Shown here piece after piece: positions 17,761 to 23,272 of a stretch of 23,272 bases of DNA (position 1 is the first letter of the stretch; each line of letters starts with the position of its first letter). The notes below the pieces were generated by a model, which saw only the letters and a list, made by a program, of their open reading frames with translations, made no database searches and was not told the origin of the DNA. The position numbers were made by a program, and so were the translations under genes. The stretch is taken from positions 1 to 23,272 of the forward strand of contig JAEOUE010000145.1 in assembly GCA_016839515.1 (NCBI GenBank), in the 5' to 3' direction. This stretch comes from Candidatus Hodarchaeum mangrovi. Its GTDB lineage: Archaea > Asgardarchaeota > Heimdallarchaeia > Hodarchaeales > Hodarchaeaceae.

Positions 17761-18501
17761 TTAAATTCCTTTATGTAATCGTTGTCCAAGGTACTCGGGT
17801 AAACTAGCCTCAATAATTTTTCTTTCAACCAGATCAATGTCATAATCTACCCGAATTATTTCTGCATTCATTTTTTCTACATCAATTACCCCATAACTAG
17901 CACGAGGGTCTCTATCACGAGATTGACCGATACTTCCAGAATTCATCATTATCATTCTTTTCCCTGAATCCTTTGAAATCTGAATGTCAATAAATGGAAT
18001 ATGAGTATGTCCTAAGAGTAAAATATCCAATTCAAAGAGATCCATAAAGGGAAAGAGATCCTTCTGCTGAGACGTCCCAAGAAGAATATATTCATCCAAT
18101 GGATAGGTTGGGGATCCATGAACGATTGCTATTCTTGCAGGGAACGATCCATGAATGCATGTCCGAGAATTTGGTAGCTGATATAGAAATGATTTTTCCT
18201 CTTGTGAAAGAACTACAACTTGCCAGTTTATCGCTTTTTGAGCGTAGGGATTGAATTTAGCAATATCTCGCCCACCACCACCGACTGCATGATCATGATT
18301 ACCACGAGTAATAACGGTTACATGTTTCTCTTTTAATATTCGATCAATAACGGCGGAAGGATCAGGGCCATATCCAACAAGATCTCCTGGACAATAAATC
18401 TCGATTATTTCAGGATATTCTTGTTTAATATGCTCTAGAACTGTATCCAAAGCAGTTAAATTAGCATGAATGTCAGATATCACTGCTAGAGTGTAGGGCA
18501 T
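17761..18501 (-). CDS. Calcineurin-like metallophosphoesterase
   Basis: SDIHAN, GDLVGYGPDP, RGNHD, VHGSP, GHTH, NSGSIGQSRD.DPRASY, RVDYD. Track start 18561; ATG 18501 preferred. Confidence 0.92.
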   Translation of the reverse strand: MPYTLAVISDIHANLTALDTVLEHIKQEYPEIIEIYCPGDLVGYGPDPSAVIDRILKEKHVTVITRGNHDHAVGGGGRDIAKFNPYAQKAINWQVVVLSQEEKSFLYQLPNSRTCIHGSFPARIAIVHGSPTYPLDEYILLGTSQQKDLFPFMDLFELDILLLGHTHIPFIDIQISKDSGKRMIMMNSGSIGQSRDRDPRASYGVIDVEKMNAEIIRVDYDIDLVERKIIEASLPEYLGQRLHKGI

Positions 18502-18626
18502 TGTAATCTCTCTGTAATTAATGTTGAACTTGACACCTTTATAGCTATTTAAAATTATCATAACTAGACATTAATATCATTCTTAGATCAGGTTATTAAA
18601 AATCATTTTATTGAAAGGGGAATAAA

Positions 18627-19133
18627 TTGCCTTTTACACCATTTCATTTTGGTTTTAGTTTCTTATTTATTGCTATTTTTCCTTATTTAGATATTATTGC
18701 TCTTTTTGTAGGAAGTATTATTCCAGACGTGGAAGGAATTTCTGCGATATTCCTTTTTCCAAACTCAAATCTACCTCTTCATGGACCACTTCATTCATTT
18801 ACTGGTTCTTTCATCCTAGGAGTTTTAATAGGAATAAGCTCTTGGGGTTTGAATAAAATTCTTGCAAAAAAGAATGTTGGTTCATCTTTCGATTTCATCT
18901 TTCGAGAATATTCTTTCTTTCAATCACTGATAAGTAGTTTCATTGGTACTTTTTCACATGTATTTCTAGATGCTATTCTCTATCCTGAAATGGATCTACT
19001 CTATCCTCTGAATGTAGGTAATTCTTTCTATGCATTATTTCCTTTCTCTTTTCCCTATTTATTTTGTATAGCTACTTTTTTCCTAGGATTTATTATAATA
19101 AGTATCAAACTTCTAAGAAAAGCCCCGAAGTAA
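18627..19133 (+). CDS. Membrane-bound metal-dependent hydrolase-like protein (DUF4184/YdjM-like)
   Basis: MPFTPFH N-terminus, GSIIPDVE, HGPLHSF, SHVFLD, several TM segments; TTG start preceded by AGGGG. Confidence 0.8.
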   Translation: MPFTPFHFGFSFLFIAIFPYLDIIALFVGSIIPDVEGISAIFLFPNSNLPLHGPLHSFTGSFILGVLIGISSWGLNKILAKKNVGSSFDFIFREYSFFQSLISSFIGTFSHVFLDAILYPEMDLLYPLNVGNSFYALFPFSFPYLFCIATFFLGFIIISIKLLRKAPK

Positions 19134-19137
19134 CATA

Positions 19138-20544
19138 TTAACCTTCCAGTTCAAATATTAATCTTGCTAAATCACGAATGGTGCTTACTTGGAATACATT
19201 AGCCCCAACATTCTGATAATAATTGACAATGGAATCACCTGTGTTCCATAAAGCTTTGGATTCAGGATTTAAAATTAACACTTTTTTAACTTTTAAGACT
19301 AATTTTTCAAGTAGTTCAGCACTAATTGGACCAGAAGAACGCCAAGTGCCTTCATTATCTCGACAGTCTCCTAATAATAAAATAGAAGCTTTTCTGGAAA
19401 TAGAATTAACATTAACTAGTTTAAATAAATCCTCAAAGGAAGATTGATAATCAGAATGAATTCTTCTAGGCCGAATAGTTTTTTTCCAACAATTTTGTCG
19501 TGCAAAAAGTGCTCGGTCAATCGTCTTTAGTTCCAATGCTTTAGTGACATCTACTGTAGTATTATCGAATTCAAATATGCGGATTTTTCTAAAGACATTT
19601 CTAGCCGCATAACAAATTACAAAAAACCAGGAGGCTGCCCAGCTTGTTGATCCGCTTACATCATTCAAGATAATTATTTCAGGATCTTGTTTCTTTTTTT
19701 TACGAAACATGAGATTAATTGGAGTCCCACCATGAACCAGATTCCTCCGAAATGTTCTCCGAAAATCTACCTTCCCTTTAAGTGCTTGTTTCCTTTTACG
19801 ACGTTCTCGACTAGCGAGGATGTGGCCAATTTCAATTAATTGTTGCTTAACATTGCTAACTGATGTAGAAATATAGTTTAGATCATAATCTAAAAATTGA
19901 TTCGTTTGAGATATATTATCTGCCATAGGTTCAGTGAAGACAGGTTGTTGTAGTTCTTGAGCTGATAACATTTCTAATTCAAAAGAATACAGATTATTTG
20001 CTAAATTCAATGTTGGTAAAGGAATCGAATCCCGTTGCTCATAAGTTAAGCCATGAATAGGTACAGGTATTCCAAAAGATAATCGAAATAACCGTTGAAG
20101 ATTGAGAATGAGCGATTTTGTAAATCCTGACCCTCCAGATCCTCCTGATCCGATTGTCCCCTCTCCCATTATATTTATTTGGGTTGCAATACCATGAGCA
20201 TCCTCAATACGTCCTTCCAAAAGAGCCTGTCCAAGAAGAAGATATGAATCATTCATATTTCGTAATCGATTAAGAAATCTCATCTCTCCTTTTTTATATC
20301 GTTCAATGTTATGAGAAGTATCTTCAATTGGTACCACATTGCCGAAAAATAATTGAAAAACATGATTGAAAATCTTAATATCTTGATGTCTCTTCACCAA
20401 GGTAGCTCGTAATCCAAGACATAAATTATTTTTGTCTCTTACCCCAATTAGTTGATAGGCATTTTGAGCCATAATGGTTTCGGCAGGAGAAATAGCTAAT
20501 CCATAATATCTCAATCTAGCAACAAAATTGAGAATTATGGACAT
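19138..20544 (-). CDS. VWA domain protein, CoxE-like
   Basis: N-terminal FVARLR..GL.ISPAET, LRATLVK, F..VF..FF; GKVDFRRTFRRN...GG.P; MIDAS DVSGS; SDY, LLLGDCRDN, LNPE...W..GDS. ATG 20544 lies 1 bp after the MoxR stop and is preferred over the track's TTG 20598. Confidence 0.9.
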   Translation of the reverse strand: MSIILNFVARLRYYGLAISPAETIMAQNAYQLIGVRDKNNLCLGLRATLVKRHQDIKIFNHVFQLFFGNVVPIEDTSHNIERYKKGEMRFLNRLRNMNDSYLLLGQALLEGRIEDAHGIATQINIMGEGTIGSGGSGGSGFTKSLILNLQRLFRLSFGIPVPIHGLTYEQRDSIPLPTLNLANNLYSFELEMLSAQELQQPVFTEPMADNISQTNQFLDYDLNYISTSVSNVKQQLIEIGHILASRERRKRKQALKGKVDFRRTFRRNLVHGGTPINLMFRKKKKQDPEIIILNDVSGSTSWAASWFFVICYAARNVFRKIRIFEFDNTTVDVTKALELKTIDRALFARQNCWKKTIRPRRIHSDYQSSFEDLFKLVNVNSISRKASILLLGDCRDNEGTWRSSGPISAELLEKLVLKVKKVLILNPESKALWNTGDSIVNYYQNVGANVFQVSTIRDLARLIFELEG

Positions 20545-20545
20545 T

Positions 20546-21406
20546 TTAATTAGTTCCCAATCTAAGGATTTCTGAAAGTTGAGGATCGAGTCTTTCAATA
20601 TCCTCTTGATGTTTGAGTAAAACTGAAAGAGTCTGTTTTAAAATCTCTCTATCTAGATTATTATAGCCTAAATAAATTAATGTTTTCGCCCAATCAATTG
20701 TTTCAGCTATACTGGGGAGTTTTTTAAGATCATGTTTTCGAATTTGACTCACAATGCCAGAAATACCATGAATAAGAGGATTATCTAGTTCCAAACCTGT
20801 ATGAGTAACAAGTATCTGTTTTTCTCTCTCACGGGTTGGAAAATCAATATATAAATATAGACATCGCCTTCTTAGAGGTTCTGAGAGATCACGAGAATTA
20901 TTACTCGTTAAAATGACTAATTGTTGATCATTTTGAGCTTTAAATGTTCCAAGTTCTGGAATAGTAATTTGACGCTCACCAAGTGCTTCTAAGAGTAAAG
21001 CTTCAAATTCTTCATCACTTTTGTCGATTTCATCGATTAATAGAACATTTGGCTCATTATTGATAAAGGATTCAAATAGTGGACGCTCAATAAAATACTT
21101 ACGTGTGAAAATATTATCCAATACTAAGTCAGAATCATTATTAGAGTGTTTAGCCAGCTCAATCGCTAAAAGTTGCTTTTTATAATCAAATTCACCTATT
21201 ACATTTTCAACAGAAATACCCTCATAACACTGAATGCGAAACAATTTCCATTGAAGAGCTGCAGCGATAGATATCGCCACGCTAGTTTTGCCTGTCCCTG
21301 CAGGACCCTCAACAAGAATCGGTCGATTTAATTTTAAGGCTAGTGAAAGAATAGTATCGATTTCCTTTGAGGAAACATAGTTTTGTGCCAATAAATCAAC
21401 TGTCAT
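20546..21406 (-). CDS. MoxR family AAA+ ATPase, CoxD-like
   Basis: RPILVEGPAGTGKT, RIQCYEG, EFDYKKQLL, ERPL, Walker B LLIDEIDKSDEEFEA, QITIPELGT, LTSN.SRDLSE.LRRRC, PSIAETIDWA. Confidence 0.94.
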   Translation of the reverse strand: MTVDLLAQNYVSSKEIDTILSLALKLNRPILVEGPAGTGKTSVAISIAAALQWKLFRIQCYEGISVENVIGEFDYKKQLLAIELAKHSNNDSDLVLDNIFTRKYFIERPLFESFINNEPNVLLIDEIDKSDEEFEALLLEALGERQITIPELGTFKAQNDQQLVILTSNNSRDLSEPLRRRCLYLYIDFPTREREKQILVTHTGLELDNPLIHGISGIVSQIRKHDLKKLPSIAETIDWAKTLIYLGYNNLDREILKQTLSVLLKHQEDIERLDPQLSEILRLGTN

Positions 21407-21519
21407 TATCAGATAACTTCCATACTTGTCTATCTTGGATTTCCATAAATTATTTTTTCCCCATAGTTAGAGTTTCCGAGATATATCATGTTAAAAAATG
21501 AACTGTCTTTCATTCATCT

Positions 21520-23052
21520 ATGTCATTAGAATCCTTTAAAAAATCAGATTTTCAAGAATTCCAACCCTCACGCTTGACAACCATTGGAGTTATTCTTGCA
21601 CTGCTCTGGCTATTAATAACTTTCCTTCAAGAAAAACCTGAACTCTTCATTCTTCTTGGAAGCCTTAATTTTTTAATAATGGTCTTTTTACGAATCCGAG
21701 CACAAAGAAAATCACAAATAGGACTGGAGGGGGGAACACAGGGGTATTTAATGGTATGGTTAATTACATCTTGGATTTATAATCAAAAATCAGCCCTTGT
21801 AATCTCGGAGGTTCAAGTTCAAGATATAATGATACTATTACTGGCACTAACTTTTCTTGTATGGTTCATAATCTCTCCTCAGGAATCTTCTCAGGAATTA
21901 ATCTTTAATTTACCTCCTTATCTTAGTAAAATTATATTAAATCTATGGAAACTGGCTGTATTAGTTTTTTTTTTCTTTAATCTAAGGGAATTACGAAGTT
22001 TTAAAGAAATTGGTATTTTATTCTTTTTAGGTGTTGGATTTTTCGATTTATTCCTCTTTTATTTGCGTCAGGTTAAAATAAATTATGTAGATATTATTCT
22101 TAATCCTATAAAGTTATTAAATTCTCTATTTTTTTCTAGTTTCTTGATTTCCTCAAAATGGATTCTCCTAACCTTTATTTTCATACTTTTAGATCAAATG
22201 GAACTAGATTTATTAACAGGTTCCTTAATTGTCGGTAGTCTATTTGTTAGTATCATCTCTATTATAACCTCAACAGGGAAGTTAACTCTATCAAGTGGAT
22301 TGGTTGAATCACGAATTAAAGAGGGAAAAGCCATAATTCCAGAGGTCATTGAAGAAGCTCGAGAGATCACAACTTCAGAGCACTTAAGAAATTTTAATGA
22401 ATTTTACTTAGTTACCCATAATTTAAAGCTTGTACAAGAACAAGAACTATCTAATTTTCACAAAAATGATTTAATTTTAAGATTTCCCTTCTCTAGGAAC
22501 TTACAAAATAAAGTTGGAGTTTATATCTTTCATTTAAATCGGCATGAATTATTAAAACAAATTGTAAAAGAACAGCGGGAAAAAGGGAGAGGCAGTAGAC
22601 TTTTCTTTAAAATAAACCAAGGGAGTCTAGAGGAAGATATGAAAACTTCAATTAAGAATCTCAATATCAAAGGGAGTTCGGTTAAACGATTATCATTAGA
22701 TAAATGGACTCATTTTAAAGAGAATTTGAAGCCTATAACTCGAGAAGAATTCGCTGTATTAGTTGGGTTTAAAAAAAGAGAAGAACTTGAAGAAAGATTA
22801 GGAAAATTGATTTCAGGAACAATCATGGTTCAAGAACAAGTTAGAAGTAGAATTCGTGGAGTTCCAGCCCCCTCTTTTAAAGGAGAAGACAGTTATGAAG
22901 GAATCATGACTAAAAATCAATTAATCATTCCAGCCCTATTAACTGAAAATTGGAATCTAAAAGAGAATCAAGAAGTTGAAATCATAAAGGGAAAACAGGA
23001 ATACTTATTTTATGTGAAACTAAAGAAACCTTTCAATGATCATGAAAGGTGA
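21520..23052 (+). CDS. Polytopic membrane protein with soluble C-terminal half ending in an AbrB/SpoVT-like motif
   Basis: About 8 hydrophobic segments in the first ~255 aa, then a charged soluble region; terminal KNQLIIPALLTENWNLKENQEVEII. Confidence 0.7.
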   Translation: MSLESFKKSDFQEFQPSRLTTIGVILALLWLLITFLQEKPELFILLGSLNFLIMVFLRIRAQRKSQIGLEGGTQGYLMVWLITSWIYNQKSALVISEVQVQDIMILLLALTFLVWFIISPQESSQELIFNLPPYLSKIILNLWKLAVLVFFFFNLRELRSFKEIGILFFLGVGFFDLFLFYLRQVKINYVDIILNPIKLLNSLFFSSFLISSKWILLTFIFILLDQMELDLLTGSLIVGSLFVSIISIITSTGKLTLSSGLVESRIKEGKAIIPEVIEEAREITTSEHLRNFNEFYLVTHNLKLVQEQELSNFHKNDLILRFPFSRNLQNKVGVYIFHLNRHELLKQIVKEQREKGRGSRLFFKINQGSLEEDMKTSIKNLNIKGSSVKRLSLDKWTHFKENLKPITREEFAVLVGFKKREELEERLGKLISGTIMVQEQVRSRIRGVPAPSFKGEDSYEGIMTKNQLIIPALLTENWNLKENQEVEIIKGKQEYLFYVKLKKPFNDHER

Positions 23053-23054
23053 AG

Positions 23055-23272
23055 TTATTTTGATTTCTGAGCAATGGTAGCATAAGTCATACTATCAATA
23101 TATTGCTGATGTGTCACTGTAAATGATTCTTTTTCAAATAAAACTCGTAACTCACTGGGAGTAAAGAATTTTGACCCCATACGAAAAAACATTTCCATTG
23201 ATCTGACGAAATGACCAAAACGTGATTTTGGATCAAATTCAAATACAATAAAAATTCCATCATCTGACGATA
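23055..23272 (-). CDS. Partial CDS (3' end only), probable class I SAM-dependent methyltransferase; not in ORF track
   Basis: Manual translation from 23270: SSDDGIFIVFEFDPKSRFGHFVRSMEMFFRMGSKFFTPSELRVLFEKESFTVTHQQYIDSMTYATIAQKSK*, matching the G-beta5 ... FTP.EL..LF...GF ... final strand-K ending of class I MTases; SAM-binding motif lies outside the window. Confidence 0.6.
   Translation of the reverse strand, partial: SSDDGIFIVFEFDPKSRFGHFVRSMEMFFRMGSKFFTPSELRVLFEKESFTVTHQQYIDSMTYATIAQKSK

Noticed and set aside
17761-18501. Vps29 (retromer) homologue next to a Rab-like GTPase
   Set aside because: DIHAN, GDLVGYG, GNHD and GSIGQ.RD with ~246 aa match the widespread prokaryotic phosphoesterase family, not the shorter Vps29/YfcE group.
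402-19447. Short antisense or alternate-frame ORFs in the track (402-599, 3649-3846, 5980-6165, 6431-6655, 6694-6897, 8088-8306, 10046-10396, 11184-11384, 11258-11500, 12769-12951, 14726-14956, 15755-16066, 16779-17009, 17467-17736, 19223-19447)
   Set aside because: Each lies largely within a well-supported gene and shows no motif; expected shadow ORFs.
19138-21406. Carbon monoxide dehydrogenase cluster
   Set aside because: Only CoxD/CoxE-like accessory genes are present; no coxL/M/S.
21396-21446. Out-of-frame ATG at 21446 (16-codon uORF); deleting one A would extend MoxR by 13 aa
   Set aside because: MoxR from ATG 21406 already has all conserved elements; without reads or homologue alignment a frameshift cannot be supported.
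1-23272. CRISPR array, tRNA, rRNA, IS element or provirus
   Set aside because: Intergenic gaps are short (345 bp at most) and AT-rich, with no spaced repeats, cloverleaf motifs or mobile-element genes seen by eye; small ncRNAs cannot be excluded without a covariance-model search.

Overview
AT-rich, densely coding chromosomal window from an archaeon, most likely an Asgard archaeon (inferred from gatDE together with a Rab-like small GTPase carrying all five RabF-like motifs; Heimdallarchaeia-like is only a guess). It holds about 24 CDSs: gatE-gatD, small membrane proteins, a degenerate Mrr-like PD-(D/E)XK-fold protein, WalJ-like MBL hydrolase, amidohydrolase, GNAT, orphan receiver domain, NTPase_1, a hypothetical protein with a divergent kinase-like motif order, a nuclease-less N6-adenine methyltransferase fused to a target recognition domain, a possible degenerate TFB-like protein, a MacB/LolD-type ABC pair, SufS plus a small single-Cys winged-helix protein, Rab-like GTPase, metallophosphoesterase, DUF4184/YdjM-like hydrolase, a MoxR/CoxD-VWA/CoxE pair, a polytopic membrane protein ending in an AbrB-like motif, and the 3' end of a probable SAM methyltransferase. 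I saw no rRNA, tRNA, CRISPR array or transposase. No single new system is proven. The best leads are the kinase-like/NTPase/receiver cluster, SufS with the Cys-wHTH protein, the orphan M-TRD fusion beside a TFB-like gene, the membrane-tethered AbrB-like protein, and the atypical gatE-gatD. All family calls come from motif reading by eye, with no database searches.
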